A stretch of 64,000 nt of DNA from Desulfobacterales bacterium (GTDB lineage Bacteria > Desulfobacterota > Desulfobacteria > Desulfobacterales > UBA5852). Below, piece by piece: positions 29,290-41,256 of this stretch. Position 1 is the first letter of the stretch; every line of letters starts with the position of its first letter. The translations under genes and the position numbers were made by a program. The stretch is taken from contig CAXXVS010000003.1 of NCBI GenBank assembly GCA_963674755.2, forward strand, positions 608,001-672,000, given 5' to 3'. The notes under the pieces are model-generated. The model saw only the letters and a program-made list of their open reading frames with translations, was not told where the DNA came from and made no database searches.

Positions 29290-30291
29290 ATGATGGAGAA
29301 AAGACAGCAGCGGTTGAGGATTACCGGCGGATTGATATCCCTGGTGGTGGGCGCAGGCCTCATGGCATGCAAATTTTATATTTACCGTTTGACCGGTTCT
29401 TCGGCCGTGCTTTCCGACGCCCTGGAATCCATCATCAATGTGGTCGCCAGCACTTTTGCCATCGTCAGCATTATCATGTCGGCCATGCCGCCCGATGAAA
29501 GCCATCCTTACGGTCACGGCAAAATCGAATTTTTTTCGGCCGGCTTTGAAGGTGCCCTGATCGTGCTGGCGGCCCTGGGCATTTTCCGGGTGGGTGCCGG
29601 TCATCTGCTGGCGCCCCGCCCACTGCCCCAGCTGGATATGGGCGTGCTGTTGCTGGTGGCGGTCAGCGCGGTCAATCTCCTCCTGGGCTTCGGTCTGGTA
29701 CGGGTCGGGCGGCGGACACGCTCCATCACGCTGGAGGCCGACGGCCGCCACGTCCTCACGGACGTTTATACTTCGGCAGGTGTGGTGATCGGACTGGTGC
29801 TGGTGCGCTTGACCGAGTGGTATTGGATGGACGGGCTGGTGGCTTGCCTGGTGGGGGTTCATATCCTTTTTGTGGGCGTGCGTCTGATAAGATCGTCCTT
29901 CAAGGGTCTCATGGATGCCGCCGATCCCGAGGTGCTCAAACTGATTGCGGATGTCATCCTGGCCCACCGCCGGCCCGTCTGGATCGACATCCACAAACTG
30001 CGTGCCTGGAACGCCGGTTCCCGCATCCACGTGGACCTCCATTTGATCCTGCCCCGGGACATGCCCCTGGAAGACGCCCATCAGGAAGCCGACGACTTGG
30101 AGCATGCCATCCTCAAGGAAGTGCCCGGGGCGGAGAGCGTGCTGGTGCACATGGACCCCTGCGAAGAAGACAAATGCCCGGTCTGCGGTCGTTCCGACTG
30201 CAAACACCGGGAACGCCGTTTTCGCCACGCATCGACCTGGTCGGCGGCGACCATGACAGCCACCGCTTTCGAACTGACAAAGGGTCACTGA
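29290..30291 (+). CDS. Cation diffusion facilitator family transporter
   Basis: SDALES, HPYGHGKIE, HVLTD and a C-terminal HMDPC Cys cluster. Confidence 0.92.
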   Translation: MMEKRQQRLRITGGLISLVVGAGLMACKFYIYRLTGSSAVLSDALESIINVVASTFAIVSIIMSAMPPDESHPYGHGKIEFFSAGFEGALIVLAALGIFRVGAGHLLAPRPLPQLDMGVLLLVAVSAVNLLLGFGLVRVGRRTRSITLEADGRHVLTDVYTSAGVVIGLVLVRLTEWYWMDGLVACLVGVHILFVGVRLIRSSFKGLMDAADPEVLKLIADVILAHRRPVWIDIHKLRAWNAGSRIHVDLHLILPRDMPLEDAHQEADDLEHAILKEVPGAESVLVHMDPCEEDKCPVCGRSDCKHRERRFRHASTWSAATMTATAFELTKGH

Positions 30292-30363
30292 GCGGCGCTT
30301 CAGGCCCGATCGGGTTTAAGAGGCCCCAAGGGTCACCAACCTCATGATTTAAGGATAAGAGCG

Positions 30364-31095
30364 ATGAAACGTTTTCGCTGGCTTGTGATCGTACTAGCGG
30401 TGACCTGGGCCGGAGCGGTTTCGAACGCTGCCGGTGGATGGTCGGATGTGCTCAAGAACACCTTGAATTCCTTCGGCAACGGCAACCAGCTCGACACCGC
30501 CCAGATCGTCGACGGGCTCAAGGAGGCGCTGGAGATTGGCACCTCCCAGGCCGTACAGCTGGCCGGCCGGGAGAACGGCTATTTCAACAACCCGGAAATC
30601 AAGATTCCCCTGCCCGACACCATTGCCAAGACCGAAACCCTGGTCCGGGCGGCCGGTATGGGGGATCAGCTGGATACCTTCGTGCTCAGCATGAACCGGG
30701 CGGCCGAGCAAGCCGCCCCCGAGGCCAAATCGATTTTCTGGGATGCCATCAAGCAAATGCACATCGACGATGCCAAACGCATCCTCAACGGCCGGGACAA
30801 CGAAGCGACCCTTTATTTTCAGGAAAAGACCACGGGTCAGCTGACCACCGTATTCAAACCGCTGGTCCACCAGGCCATGGAAAAGGTGGGCGTGACCCAG
30901 GAATACCAGACCTTGCAGGCGGAGACCGCCGCTATCCCCTTCCTATCGGACTGGATGGTGAATCTGGATGATTATGTGACCGCCCAGGCCCTGGATGGGC
31001 TCTTTAAACTGGTGGCGGATGAGGAGGCCAAGATTCGGCAGGATCCGGCGGCCCGGGTGACCGATCTGCTGAAAGAAGTATTCGCATCCCAATAA
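30364..31095 (+). CDS. DUF4197 domain protein
   Basis: Signal peptide; GLKEAL, SMNRAAE, EEAKIRQDP. Confidence 0.88.
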   Translation: MKRFRWLVIVLAVTWAGAVSNAAGGWSDVLKNTLNSFGNGNQLDTAQIVDGLKEALEIGTSQAVQLAGRENGYFNNPEIKIPLPDTIAKTETLVRAAGMGDQLDTFVLSMNRAAEQAAPEAKSIFWDAIKQMHIDDAKRILNGRDNEATLYFQEKTTGQLTTVFKPLVHQAMEKVGVTQEYQTLQAETAAIPFLSDWMVNLDDYVTAQALDGLFKLVADEEAKIRQDPAARVTDLLKEVFASQ

Positions 31096-31128
31096 AAAAA
31101 GCCCCACAGGCCACTCCTGTGGGGCTTT
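31094..31128. terminator. Bidirectional intrinsic terminator
   Basis: A7-GCCCCACAGG-ccact-CCTGTGGGGC-TTT between convergent genes. Confidence 0.8.
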
Positions 31129-31148
31129 CATATCTTGGAAACGACAGT

Positions 31149-33068
31149 TTATTTTTTGTCGTCTTTGACTTCCTCGAAATCCGCGTCCACGACATCATCC
31201 TGTTGCGGACCGCTCCCGGCATCCTGCTGAGGGCCGGCTTCCGGCTCGCCGGAAGCGCCCTGGGAGGCTTGCTGGTACATGGCTTCGGCCAATTTATGGG
31301 AGGCCTGGGTCAGGGCTTCGCTGAGGCGCTTGATTTCTTCCGGATCGTCGCCCTCCATGGCCTTGCGCAGGGGTTCGATGGCATCCTGGGCCTTTTTCTT
31401 GGCGTCTTCGTCCACTTTGTCGCCCAGGTCCTTGATGGATTTTTCAGTGGAGTAGATCAAGGTGTCGGCCTGGTTGCGAGCCTCCACCAAGTCCTTTTTC
31501 TTGCGGTCATCTTCGGCGTGCATCTCGGCTTCCTTGATGGCTGCGTCGATTTCTTCTTTGGACAGACCGCTGGAGGCTGTAATCTGAATGGATTGCTCCT
31601 TACTGGTGGCCAGGTCCTTGGCCGATACGCTGACGATACCGTTGGCATCGATGTCGAAAGTGACCTCGATCTGAGGTACGCCGCGCGGCGCCGGGGGAAT
31701 GCCCACCAGTTCGAAACGCCCCAGGGTTTTGTTGCCGCTGGCCATTTCGCGTTCACCCTGCAGGACATGGATCGACACCGCCGGCTGGCTGTCGGCCGCC
31801 GTGGAGAAAATCTGGCTCTTGCGGGTGGGGATGGTGGTGTTCTTTTCGATCAGGCGGGTCATCACCCCGCCCAGGGTTTCGATGCCCAGGGACAAGGGGG
31901 TGACATCCAACAGCAGGACGTCCTTGACATCCCCCTGGAGGACGCCGCCCTGGATGGCGGCGCCGATGGCCACCACTTCGTCCGGGTTGACGCCCCGGTG
32001 GGGCTCCCGGTCAAAGAGCTTCTTGACCCGTTCCTGCACAGCCGGCATGCGTGTCATGCCGCCCACCAGGATGACTTCGTCGATGTCACCGTTGGAAAGG
32101 CCCGCATCTTTCATGGCCCGGCGGCAGGGGCCTTCCAGTCTGTCCAGAAGATCGGACACCAGCGCTTCCAGTTTGGCCCGGGTGAGCTTGATGTTCATGT
32201 GCTTCGGGCCGCTGGCATCGGCGGTGATAAAAGGCAGATTGACCTCGGTCTCCACGGAGGAGGACAATTCCATTTTGGCTTTTTCGGCCGCCTCTTTGAG
32301 GCGCTGGAGGGCCATCTTGTCCTTGCGGACATCGATGCCCTGGTCCTTGCGGAATTCATCGGCCAGGTAATCGATCAGGCGCAGGTCGAAATCCTCGCCG
32401 CCCAGATGGGTGTCGCCGTTGGTGGCCTTGACTTCGAACACCCCTTCCCCGATTTCGAGTACCGAGATGTCGAAGGTGCCGCCGCCCAGGTCGAAAACGG
32501 CGATTTTTTCTTCCGCCTTTTTGTCCAGACCATAGGCCAGGGAGGCCGCGGTGGGTTCGTTGATGATGCGCTGCACGTTCAGGCCGGCGATCTTGCCGGC
32601 ATCCTTGGTGGCCTGGCGCTGGCTGTCGTTAAAATAGGCCGGTACGGTAATGACGGCATCGGTAACCGGTTCCCCCAGGTAATCCTCGGCCGTCTTCTTG
32701 ATATTGGCCAGAATAAAGGAGGAGACCTCCGCCGGACTGTAACGTTTGTCCTTGAGCGCAATTCGCACATCACCGTTGCCGGCTTTTTCCATTTTGTAAG
32801 GCAGGATCTTGATATCATCCTGGACTTCCTTGGAGTCGAATTTACGGCCGATCAGACGCTTGACGCCAAAAACCGTATGTTCGGGGTTGGTGACCGCCTG
32901 GCGCTTGGCAATCTGTCCCACAAGGCGCTCGCCGCTGTCGTTGACGGCAACGATCGAAGGGGTGGTGCGCCCGCCTTCGGCATTGGTGATGACTTTGGCA
33001 TCCCCGCCCTCCATGACCGCCACACAGGAGTTGGTGGTGCCGAGATCAATTCCGATAATTTTGCCCAT
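31149..33068 (-). CDS. dnaK: Chaperone DnaK
   Basis: [25 protein letters not shown]. Confidence 0.98.
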   Translation of the reverse strand: MGKIIGIDLGTTNSCVAVMEGGDAKVITNAEGGRTTPSIVAVNDSGERLVGQIAKRQAVTNPEHTVFGVKRLIGRKFDSKEVQDDIKILPYKMEKAGNGDVRIALKDKRYSPAEVSSFILANIKKTAEDYLGEPVTDAVITVPAYFNDSQRQATKDAGKIAGLNVQRIINEPTAASLAYGLDKKAEEKIAVFDLGGGTFDISVLEIGEGVFEVKATNGDTHLGGEDFDLRLIDYLADEFRKDQGIDVRKDKMALQRLKEAAEKAKMELSSSVETEVNLPFITADASGPKHMNIKLTRAKLEALVSDLLDRLEGPCRRAMKDAGLSNGDIDEVILVGGMTRMPAVQERVKKLFDREPHRGVNPDEVVAIGAAIQGGVLQGDVKDVLLLDVTPLSLGIETLGGVMTRLIEKNTTIPTRKSQIFSTAADSQPAVSIHVLQGEREMASGNKTLGRFELVGIPPAPRGVPQIEVTFDIDANGIVSVSAKDLATSKEQSIQITASSGLSKEEIDAAIKEAEMHAEDDRKKKDLVEARNQADTLIYSTEKSIKDLGDKVDEDAKKKAQDAIEPLRKAMEGDDPEEIKRLSEALTQASHKLAEAMYQQASQGASGEPEAGPQQDAGSGPQQDDVVDADFEEVKDDKK

Positions 33069-33150
33069 GTTGATGATCCTCCTTGAAGGTCGAATAATAT
33101 TTTATCTAAATCGATGATCAGGTATGTGTGCCTATTGAGCTTGATGGAAG

Positions 33151-33786
33151 CTAAGCGCTCTCGGTGGAAACCACAACCATGGCCGGGCGCAATAGGCGGT
33201 CGCGCAGCAGATACCCTTTCTGCAGTTCCTGGATAACGGTATTGGCCGGAAAGGCGTCGCTGGGTTGTTGCATGACGGCTTCGTGGTGGTTGGGGTCGAA
33301 CGGCTGTTCGAGGGCCTCGATGGGGGTTACCCCAAACTGATTGAAGATTTTGAGCAGCTCCCTCAGGGTCATTTCGACGCCTTCCATGAGGGCTTCGGGG
33401 TGGCCGCTCTCCCGGGCCGAAACCAGAGCTCGTTCCAGGTTGTCCACCACCCCCAGCAACTCCCGCAAAAGGGCCTGATTGGCGTATTTGCGCAAGTCGC
33501 TGATTTCCCGTTCCTTGCGTTTGCGAAAATTGTCCAGTTCGGCGGCGGCCCGCAGGAAGCGCTCGTGACTTTCCTGAACCTGCTGTTCGGCGGCCAACAG
33601 CTTTTCTTCAAGCGTCGCCGCCGTCACCGTATTGTCATCGGCTGGGTCTGATGAAGCGTCCACGGGTTTATCCTTGGGAGGTATTGATTGGGATTTTGTT
33701 TCCTGGGGGTCCGAAGAGGGGGTCGGCGTGTCCGCGGAAGAGGATTCGGTTTCGGCCACGTTAGCCATCATCTCTTTTTCGGTCAT
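33151..33786 (-). CDS. grpE: Nucleotide exchange factor GrpE
   Basis: AELDNFRKR, FDPNHHEAV, GYLLRDRLLRPAMVVV; start position uncertain. Confidence 0.95.
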   Translation of the reverse strand: MTEKEMMANVAETESSSADTPTPSSDPQETKSQSIPPKDKPVDASSDPADDNTVTAATLEEKLLAAEQQVQESHERFLRAAAELDNFRKRKEREISDLRKYANQALLRELLGVVDNLERALVSARESGHPEALMEGVEMTLRELLKIFNQFGVTPIEALEQPFDPNHHEAVMQQPSDAFPANTVIQELQKGYLLRDRLLRPAMVVVSTESA

Positions 33787-34069
33787 AACTCCGCTGCATC
33801 TCCTTGCTCTATTCTCCCGATGGTTGCTTTCGGGGGGGTGGCGCGGGCTTTCCGGTCTTGCAGCCCTAAACAAGCACCGCTTCCGGAACCCGGAAGCGGC
33901 AATCTTTTAGACCGGATGCGATCAACGCTTAAATATTAAGACGCGATGATGCGATGTCAAGACGATAAGCCTGCGAGTAACGGGGGTTTAGGCGGGATGG
34001 AGGGGGTGCGGCGGAGTTCGTCGGAGTGGGCCCGGTGAGGGGTCTTCAGGTGGTATGGCGCACCGGGAA

Positions 34070-34163
34070 GGCCGGAAATCCCGCGACACAGCCAGCCTTA
34101 CTTATCGCTGCTTCCTTCCGGATCTGACGAGGTTCGTAAGCGTCTGTTGCGCGGGGTCCGGCC
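34070..34163 (-). ncRNA. ffs: Signal recognition particle RNA (4.5S)
   Basis: Minus strand contains the conserved helix-8 sequence GTCAGATCCGGAAGGAAGCAGC inside a long hairpin closed by GGCCGG/CCGGCC. Confidence 0.92.
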
Positions 34164-34380
34164 ACAAGATGACGGTGCCCGGCAGGAAGCGATCCAAGCG
34201 GGCCGCTTTCCAAGTGATAAACCGATGACAGTATCAACAACTCAGGAGCAGATTGCAAGGAAAAAGTAGACCCACGGCGGTCAATTGGAGTTGACTTATC
34301 GTCTTGCACGCCCCTATCAGAGCCAAGGGGCGTATGGGGGCCATAAGGCGACGACCCATTGCAAAGGATTTACAGGGACA

Positions 34381-35877
34381 ATGAAAACGCCAAACGACCC
34401 AGGCAACGATCCACTGGTCCAGACGGTTGAGCAGACCCTGGTGGGATGCCGTATGGTGCAACCGGGCGACCGGGTTCTGGTGGGGTTTTCCGGCGGTCCG
34501 GATTCGACGGCCACCCTGTTGTGCTTGTATCATTTGGCGACCAAGTACGCCCTTACGCTGGGCGCCGCCCACCTGAACCACGCCCTGCGGGGCGATCGTG
34601 CCGTAGCGGATGCGCGGCACGCGGCCGAGGCCGCCACCGCCCTGGGCATCCCCTGTGTCGTGGAAACCCATTCGGTGGAAGCTTTCCGCAAGGCCCACCG
34701 TATGAGCATCGAGGAGGCGGCGCGGGAGGTGCGTTACCGTTTTCTAGCGCGCACCGCCCTGGCAGGGGGATACACCCGGATCGCCCTGGGCCATCACCGG
34801 GACGACGAGGCTGAATCCATGCTGATGCGCCTGCTGCGCGGCAGTGGTCCGCTGGGGCTGGCCGGCATTGCGCCGCTGCGCCAGGTGCCGGGCAGCCCCC
34901 TCACGGTGATCCGGCCCCTGATTCGCGTGTCCCGGTCCGCGATCATGGCCTTTTTACGACGCCGTCAGGTGGCCTTTGTGCAGGATGAGAGCAATACCGA
35001 CGTGCGCCTGCTGCGCAACCGCATTCGCCATGAGCTGCTACCGTTGCTGACCCGCGATTATAATCCGGCCCTGGCGGAAGGATTGAGCCGTCTGGCCCGG
35101 CTGCTGCGGGACGAGGAGGATTGGCTGGGGGAGATCGCCCGGGAGACCCTCGCGTCTCTGACCCTTGCCGACCATGGCACCCTGCTGGTGCTGGACCGCC
35201 GACGCCTGACAGCCTGCCCGCCCGCATTGCAGCGCCGCGTGCTGCGTGCCGCCGTGGCCCGGTGCAAGGGCAGCCTCCGGCGTGTGGGCTTCGCTCCGTT
35301 GGAGGCCGCCCGTAAATTGGCGGTCCAGGGTCCCCGCCAGGGGGCCTGCGACCTGCCGGACGGCCTGGTGGTGAGGGGCCGCGGCCGGCGGCTCGAAGTG
35401 CAGCGCCGGTCTTATCGGAGGGGTGTGGGGCGCCGGTCGGACCCCGCGGCCCCGCCAACCGAATTTGCGTATCAGGTATCCGCCATGGGATCGTATGCCA
35501 TTCACCCCTCAGGGCTGACCATGACCTTCTCCCTGCCGGCGTCCGGGCCGGATAGGCCCGTGCACCAAACTGGACAGAAAACCGCCTTCTTTGATATGGA
35601 TCAGTTGCGCCTTCCCTTGCTGGTTCGCAATTTCCGACCGGGCGACCGTATGGCCCCCCTGGGACTGAAAGGTACCCAGAAGGTCAAGAAAATATTGATC
35701 GACCGCAAAATTCCGCGCGAAGACCGACCGCGCTATCCGCTGCTTCTGTGCGGCGATCAGATCCTCTGGATCGTCGGTCTGCGACAAAGTGAAATCGCCA
35801 AAATCGGATCGCACACCCGGCGCTGGCTTAAAGTCGACGTGACGGGTTGCCTGGGCCGAGATGATGGTTATTTTTAG
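34381..35877 (+). CDS. tilS: tRNA(Ile)-lysidine synthase
   Basis: SGGPDS PP-loop, HLNHALRG, AREVRY, GHHRDD, RNRIRH. Confidence 0.95.
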   Translation: MKTPNDPGNDPLVQTVEQTLVGCRMVQPGDRVLVGFSGGPDSTATLLCLYHLATKYALTLGAAHLNHALRGDRAVADARHAAEAATALGIPCVVETHSVEAFRKAHRMSIEEAAREVRYRFLARTALAGGYTRIALGHHRDDEAESMLMRLLRGSGPLGLAGIAPLRQVPGSPLTVIRPLIRVSRSAIMAFLRRRQVAFVQDESNTDVRLLRNRIRHELLPLLTRDYNPALAEGLSRLARLLRDEEDWLGEIARETLASLTLADHGTLLVLDRRRLTACPPALQRRVLRAAVARCKGSLRRVGFAPLEAARKLAVQGPRQGACDLPDGLVVRGRGRRLEVQRRSYRRGVGRRSDPAAPPTEFAYQVSAMGSYAIHPSGLTMTFSLPASGPDRPVHQTGQKTAFFDMDQLRLPLLVRNFRPGDRMAPLGLKGTQKVKKILIDRKIPREDRPRYPLLLCGDQILWIVGLRQSEIAKIGSHTRRWLKVDVTGCLGRDDGYF

Positions 35878-35922
35878 TCGATTTAAAGCCTTAGACACTC
35901 TAATCGCAGGAGGAAACAGCAT

Positions 35923-37875
35923 TTGAATCCATTTTATAAAAATCTGTCACTCTGGATCGTCATTACATTGATGTTCGTAATGCTCTACCAGATATTCAGC
36001 GAGCAGCGGCATGCCGAAACGCCGGTCAGTTATTCCGAATTCCTGGCGATGGTGGCCGACGAACGGGTGGATGAAGTGACCATCCAAGGTCAGGAATTGA
36101 CGGTCAAAGACACCAAGGGTGACCGATTCAAGGTTTATGCCCCGGAGGATCCGGACCTGATCAAAACCCTGCGGGCCAAAAACGTCCATATCACCGCCAA
36201 ACCGCCGGCCGAGTCCCCCTGGTACATGTCGGTCCTGGTCTCCTGGTTTCCCATGCTCATCCTGATCGGCGTGTGGATCTTTTTCATGCGACAGATGCAG
36301 TCCGGCGGCGGCAAGGCCATGAGTTTCGGTAAAAGCCGGGCACGGCTGCTTTCCGACCAGTCCGCCAAGGTGACCTTCGATGATGTGGCCGGTATCGACG
36401 AGGCCAAGGAGGAGCTCGGCGAGATCGTGGAATTCCTGCGTGATCCCAAAAAATTCACGCGCCTGGGGGGGCGCATTCCCAAAGGCGTGCTCCTGATGGG
36501 GCCTCCCGGAACCGGCAAGACCTTGCTGGCGCGCGCCATCGCCGGTGAGGCCGGTGTGCCCTTTTTTTCCATCAGCGGCTCGGACTTCGTTGAAATGTTT
36601 GTGGGCGTGGGGGCCAGCCGGGTGCGTGATCTGTTTGTCCAGGGGAAGAAGAACGCCCCCTGCATCATTTTCATCGATGAAATCGATGCGGTCGGACGCC
36701 ACCGGGGGGCCGGTCTGGGCGGCGGCCACGACGAGCGGGAACAGACCTTGAACCAACTGCTTGTGGAGATGGACGGGTTCGAATCCAACGAAGGGGTGAT
36801 TCTGATTTCGGCCACCAACCGTCCCGATGTGCTCGACCCGGCCCTGCTGCGGCCCGGACGGTTCGACCGCCAGGTGGTGGTCTCCCTGCCGGACATCAAG
36901 GGACGCGAAAAAATCCTGCGGGTTCATATGAAGAAAACGCCCATCGATACCGATGTCAATCCGCTGGTCCTGGCCAAGGGCACGCCGGGTTTTTCCGGGG
37001 CCGATCTGGAAAACCTGGTCAACGAAGCCGCCCTGCTGGCCGCCAAGCAGGATAAGGAGCGGGTGGCCATGGCGGATTTCGAAGAAGCCAAAGACAAGGT
37101 CTATATGGGGCTGGAGCGCAAATCCAAGGTGATCTCGGAGGAGGACAAGAAAACCACGGCCTATCACGAAGGCGGACATGCCCTGGTGGCCCGTTTCCTG
37201 CCCTATACCGACGCGGTCAATAAGGTAACCATCATCCCGCGCGGCCGGGCGGCCGGTGTCACCTGGTTCCTGCCCGAAGAGCGCGATTTCAAATACAAGG
37301 ACCAGCTGCAGAGCGAACTCTCAGTGGCTTACGGCGGCCGGGTCGCCGAAGAATTGATCTTCGACCGCATCAGCACCGGCGCCGCCGGTGACATCAAGCA
37401 GGCCACGGACCTGGCGGAGCGCATGGTGCGCTCCTGGGGCATGAGCGATCTTGGCCCCCTGTCCTACGCCAAGGGTGAAGAACAGATCTTCCTGGGCCGC
37501 GAAATCGCCCAGCACCGGGATTTTTCCGAAGCCACGGCCCGGCGCATCGATGACGAGATTGCCAAGTTCATCAACGGGGCCTATGAGCGGGCCAAATCCG
37601 TGCTTAAGGAAAATATCGATATCCTTCACCGTTTGGCCGCCCTCCTGCTGGAAAAGGAGACGGTCATGGGGGATGAGCTGGATCGCCTGGTCCTGGAGAT
37701 GCGGCCCGGTTTTGATTTTCCCTCCAAACACGATCACGCCGCTCCCCAGGAGCCTGAACAACAGGAAGAAGAGGCGGATGAACCGGCGGCAACCGCCGAC
37801 ACCCCGGAGACAGCGGCGCCTGATGATGCCGCAACAGACACCCCTGACGACGCTCCGAAGGCTAAAGAGGAATGA
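35923..37875 (+). CDS. ftsH: ATP-dependent zinc metalloprotease FtsH
   Basis: Two TM helices, [13 protein letters not shown]. Confidence 0.98.
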   Translation: MNPFYKNLSLWIVITLMFVMLYQIFSEQRHAETPVSYSEFLAMVADERVDEVTIQGQELTVKDTKGDRFKVYAPEDPDLIKTLRAKNVHITAKPPAESPWYMSVLVSWFPMLILIGVWIFFMRQMQSGGGKAMSFGKSRARLLSDQSAKVTFDDVAGIDEAKEELGEIVEFLRDPKKFTRLGGRIPKGVLLMGPPGTGKTLLARAIAGEAGVPFFSISGSDFVEMFVGVGASRVRDLFVQGKKNAPCIIFIDEIDAVGRHRGAGLGGGHDEREQTLNQLLVEMDGFESNEGVILISATNRPDVLDPALLRPGRFDRQVVVSLPDIKGREKILRVHMKKTPIDTDVNPLVLAKGTPGFSGADLENLVNEAALLAAKQDKERVAMADFEEAKDKVYMGLERKSKVISEEDKKTTAYHEGGHALVARFLPYTDAVNKVTIIPRGRAAGVTWFLPEERDFKYKDQLQSELSVAYGGRVAEELIFDRISTGAAGDIKQATDLAERMVRSWGMSDLGPLSYAKGEEQIFLGREIAQHRDFSEATARRIDDEIAKFINGAYERAKSVLKENIDILHRLAALLLEKETVMGDELDRLVLEMRPGFDFPSKHDHAAPQEPEQQEEEADEPAATADTPETAAPDDAATDTPDDAPKAKEE

Positions 37876-38774
37876 AACGCTATGATCTGACGTGGGGTGA
37901 TCATCGGTTGGTCCTGGGGTCGCGCACCCTGGTGATGGGGATCGTGAACGTGACTCCGGATTCTTTTTCCGACGGCGGACGGTTTCTGGGGCGTGAAGCG
38001 GCCATTGACCACGGAAACCGTTTGCTGGACGAAGGCGCCGACATTCTTGACATCGGCGGCGAGTCCACGCGGCCGGGTTCCGATCCGGTGCCGGTGGAAG
38101 AAGAGCTCCGACGGGTTTTACCTGTGATCGAAGCCCTGGCGCGCCGCACCACGGTTCCGATTTCCATCGATACCACCAAAGCCGAGGTGGCCCGTCAGGC
38201 CCTGGAAGCCGGAGCGTGCATTATCAACGACATCGGCGCCCTGCGGGTGGATCCGGCCCTGGCGCCGCTGGCGGCACGCTACGATGTGCCCGTCATCCTG
38301 ATGCACATGCTGGGTACACCCAAAACCATGCAGAAGGATCCGCACTACGATGATGTGGTCGTCGAGGTCTGCGCTTTTCTGCGGGAGGCGGCCGCACATG
38401 CCCTTCAGGCCGGCATCCATGCGCACCGCATCATCGTCGACCCAGGCATCGGCTTCGGCAAAACCTTAGATCACAACCTGCAGCTGTTGCAGCGCCTGGA
38501 GGCGCTCAGCGAATTGGGCTTTCCTGTTCTGGTGGGCGCTTCCCGCAAGGCTTTTATCCGCCACCTCCTGAAGCCCGCCGGCAAGGCCGATATCCCGGCC
38601 GATTTACCGCTGGTGGCGGCCGGTACCCAAGCCACCGTGGCCGCCAGTGCTCTGAACGGCGCCCATATCGTTCGGGTGCACGATGTCGCCGATACCCGCG
38701 TCACGTTGAAAATCATCGATGCCATCCGCAACGCGGGCGCCGGGAGCGCCCACGTTGCCAAAGGAGCGTCTTGA
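37872..38774 (+). CDS. folP: Dihydropteroate synthase
   Basis: [35 protein letters not shown]. Confidence 0.96.
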   Translation: MKRYDLTWGDHRLVLGSRTLVMGIVNVTPDSFSDGGRFLGREAAIDHGNRLLDEGADILDIGGESTRPGSDPVPVEEELRRVLPVIEALARRTTVPISIDTTKAEVARQALEAGACIINDIGALRVDPALAPLAARYDVPVILMHMLGTPKTMQKDPHYDDVVVEVCAFLREAAAHALQAGIHAHRIIVDPGIGFGKTLDHNLQLLQRLEALSELGFPVLVGASRKAFIRHLLKPAGKADIPADLPLVAAGTQATVAASALNGAHIVRVHDVADTRVTLKIIDAIRNAGAGSAHVAKGAS

Positions 38775-38778
38775 CACC

Positions 38779-39549
38779 ATGATCTTCGTTATCGATGTGG
38801 GCAACACCAATACGGTGCTGGGCATCTATGAAGGGGAGACCCTGGTCCGTGACTGGCGGGTTCGCACCGAACAGAATGTCACGGAAGACGAATTCAATGT
38901 GTTGGTGACCAATCTGTTGAATTTGAACCGGATTGATCCCGGGGCCATCGCTAAAACCGTGATATCCTGCGTCGTGCCGCCTATGGTGACGATCCTGGAA
39001 TCTTTTTGCCGCAAGTACCTGGGGCATGCCCCCCAGTGGGTGGATCCCCGCACTTGCGGCCACATGCCGATCCTTTATCACAATCCCGCGGAAGTGGGGG
39101 CCGATCGTATTGTGAATGCGGTGGGTGCCTACCACCGTTATCGGACCGCGCTGGTGATTATCGATTTTGGTACGGCGACCACCTTTGACGCCATTTCCGA
39201 AAAAGGCGAGTATCTGGGCGGGGCCATCAGTCCCGGCATCCACATCGCCTCCGAGGCCCTTTTTCAGAAGGCCTCCAAACTGCCCCGGGTGGACCTCTTC
39301 CGGCCGCCACCGGTGGTGATCGGCAAAGACACGGCCACCTCGATCCAGGCGGGCATCATTTTCGGCTATGCCGGGTTGGTGGACGGCGTGGTGCGGCGCA
39401 TGGCCCGTGAAATGGGCGGCCAGCCGAAGGTGATAGCCACCGGCGGTCTGGCGCCGTTGATGCAGCATGTGGCCGAAACCATCGAAGAGGTCGATACAAC
39501 CCTGACGCTGGAGGGACTGCGCATTATCAGCGCTTCCACGGATGGCTGA
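38779..39549 (+). CDS. coaX: Type III pantothenate kinase
   Basis: IDVGNTN, GADR, DFGTATT, ATGG. Confidence 0.95.
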   Translation: MIFVIDVGNTNTVLGIYEGETLVRDWRVRTEQNVTEDEFNVLVTNLLNLNRIDPGAIAKTVISCVVPPMVTILESFCRKYLGHAPQWVDPRTCGHMPILYHNPAEVGADRIVNAVGAYHRYRTALVIIDFGTATTFDAISEKGEYLGGAISPGIHIASEALFQKASKLPRVDLFRPPPVVIGKDTATSIQAGIIFGYAGLVDGVVRRMAREMGGQPKVIATGGLAPLMQHVAETIEEVDTTLTLEGLRIISASTDG

Positions 39550-39699
39550 CCACCGGAGTCGACGGTCCTTAGACTGAGCGCCCTCTGCCTGCAGCGGCCA
39601 ACAACCTGAGAGATACGACCCCCCGGAGGGGCGCTCGATCCTTCCTGTGGCAGAACACCATGATCAAGGGAAAGTACTGTGGCTGAGGAGAGGGCCAGC

Positions 39700-40263
39700 A
39701 TGCCGACACGATGCGCCTGGGTGACCCGGGATCCTGACTATATCGCCTACCATGACGAAGAATGGGGCGTTCCGGTGCATGATGACCGCCGCCTGTTTGA
39801 ATTTCTTGTTCTAGAAGGCGCCCAGGCCGGCTTGAGCTGGCTGACCATCCTGAAAAAAAGGCCTCATTACCGGCGGGCCATGGATGCCTTCGACCCGGTC
39901 CTTGTCGCCCGTTATGATGACCGCCGCCTTGCCAGCCTGATGCAGGATCCGGGGCTGGTGCGCAACCGGCGCAAACTCGAAGCCGTCGTTACCAACGCCC
40001 GCTCTTTTTTGGCGGTGCAGGTGCAATACGGCAGTTTTGATCGCTATTTATGGCAGTTTGTCGATGGCCGGCCGCGGCAGAACCGTTGGCGCTCCGTGGC
40101 GGACATTCCGGCGGCGACGCCGGAATCCGAGGCCCTGAGCCGTGATCTGAAACAGAAAGGCTTCAAATTCGTGGGGCCGGTCATTTGCTATTCGTTGATG
40201 CAGGCCGTAGGAATGGTGAACGACCATACCGTGGATTGTTTCCGCTACAGGGAAGTCGGATAA
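39700..40263 (+). CDS. tag: DNA-3-methyladenine glycosylase I
   Basis: RCAW, YHDEEWG, LEGAQAGLSW, NDHTVDC. Confidence 0.95.
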   Translation: MPTRCAWVTRDPDYIAYHDEEWGVPVHDDRRLFEFLVLEGAQAGLSWLTILKKRPHYRRAMDAFDPVLVARYDDRRLASLMQDPGLVRNRRKLEAVVTNARSFLAVQVQYGSFDRYLWQFVDGRPRQNRWRSVADIPAATPESEALSRDLKQKGFKFVGPVICYSLMQAVGMVNDHTVDCFRYREVG

Positions 40264-40296
40264 TCCGGCGGAGGACAAAGGGCGCCGGCGTTACGA

Positions 40297-41256
40297 TCAG
40301 TAGTGCTCCGTTTCCTGCAAATACCCGATAAACCCCTGGATACTGTTGCGCAAGAACCCCTCTTCCCGGCGCTGTTCAGAAACAGGCAGGGCCCGATAAC
40401 CTCCCAGGCGGACATCTTCCCCCAAGAGACGCTCCAGGCAAGCCTTGCATGGATCATGCAATTCCCCTTCAGACAGGACCCCGCCAATGATGGACTGCCA
40501 TAGTAGCAGTTGTTCAGCATGGGATTCCAACCGCTTTTTCGCACCCGTATAAACGCCGAAATGACTGTAGGCAATTTTGCGAGGAGCCACGGCCCGCAAT
40601 CGGTCAATGCTGTTCAGCGTGGTGTCGAGGAAAAAGCGTGGGGGCGTGGCTGGCCGCAGATACAATTGGCTGTTAACGGTCGGAAGGCACACGCCTCCGG
40701 CCTCGCCCGCAAACAGAATATCGCCCACGCGATAGCTGATATGGTGAGGCGCGTGGCCGGGCGTGGGGATCGGCTGGATCAGGGGATCATCCAGTGCCGC
40801 GGCATCCATGATGCGGTCCGGCGGCACGGCCTGGATTTCTCCATACCCCTGCGCGGTGGCGCCCAGTGTCTGCAAAGCCCCTTTCCAAAGCCGTTCCGGC
40901 TGCACTAGGTGCAGCAACCCTTTGGGATGCCCTACAATCCGGGCCTTCGGGAAGGCTTCGGTTATCTGCCCCGCGCCGCCGGCGTGATCGATATGGACAT
41001 GGGTCATCAGTAGATATTCAAGATGACGAACCCCGATATTCTCCAGAGCCTGTAATAGCGCAGCACTGGTGGATGATGGACCTGCATCGACCAGAAAAGC
41101 CGGTGGACCGGTATACAACCAGACGCCGAGAAAGCGGTCAAATCCGGGCAGGGGTGGCGTCAGAGCGATCAGGTAAAGCTTGTCATCGATAGCGGTTACG
41201 GTTGCGGAGGGTGCTGGCATAAGATCAATCGGCGGGTGCGGTGCGGGATGGTTCAA
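40297..41256 (-). CDS. MBL-fold metallo-hydrolase
   Basis: THVHIDHAGG, TPGHAPHH. Confidence 0.9.
   Translation of the reverse strand: MNHPAPHPPIDLMPAPSATVTAIDDKLYLIALTPPLPGFDRFLGVWLYTGPPAFLVDAGPSSTSAALLQALENIGVRHLEYLLMTHVHIDHAGGAGQITEAFPKARIVGHPKGLLHLVQPERLWKGALQTLGATAQGYGEIQAVPPDRIMDAAALDDPLIQPIPTPGHAPHHISYRVGDILFAGEAGGVCLPTVNSQLYLRPATPPRFFLDTTLNSIDRLRAVAPRKIAYSHFGVYTGAKKRLESHAEQLLLWQSIIGGVLSEGELHDPCKACLERLLGEDVRLGGYRALPVSEQRREEGFLRNSIQGFIGYLQETEHY

Noticed and set aside
31119..33086. 655-aa ORF antisense to dnaK (and similar long shadows over ftsH, pilT, nrdD and the lipid operon)
   Set aside because: Known antisense-ORF artefact of codon bias; the opposite strand carries the clear gene.
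33790..33965. CIRCE operator or hrcA upstream of grpE-dnaK
   Set aside because: No TTAGCACTC-N9-GAGTGCTAA; only a plausible TTGACA/TAATAT promoter.
34050..34072. tRNA-3'-end-like CCTTCCCGGTGCGCCA after the SRP RNA
   Set aside because: No T-loop or cloverleaf; more likely part of a local hairpin.
37740..37872. Repetitive acidic tail of FtsH
   Set aside because: Ordinary low-complexity disordered C-terminus.
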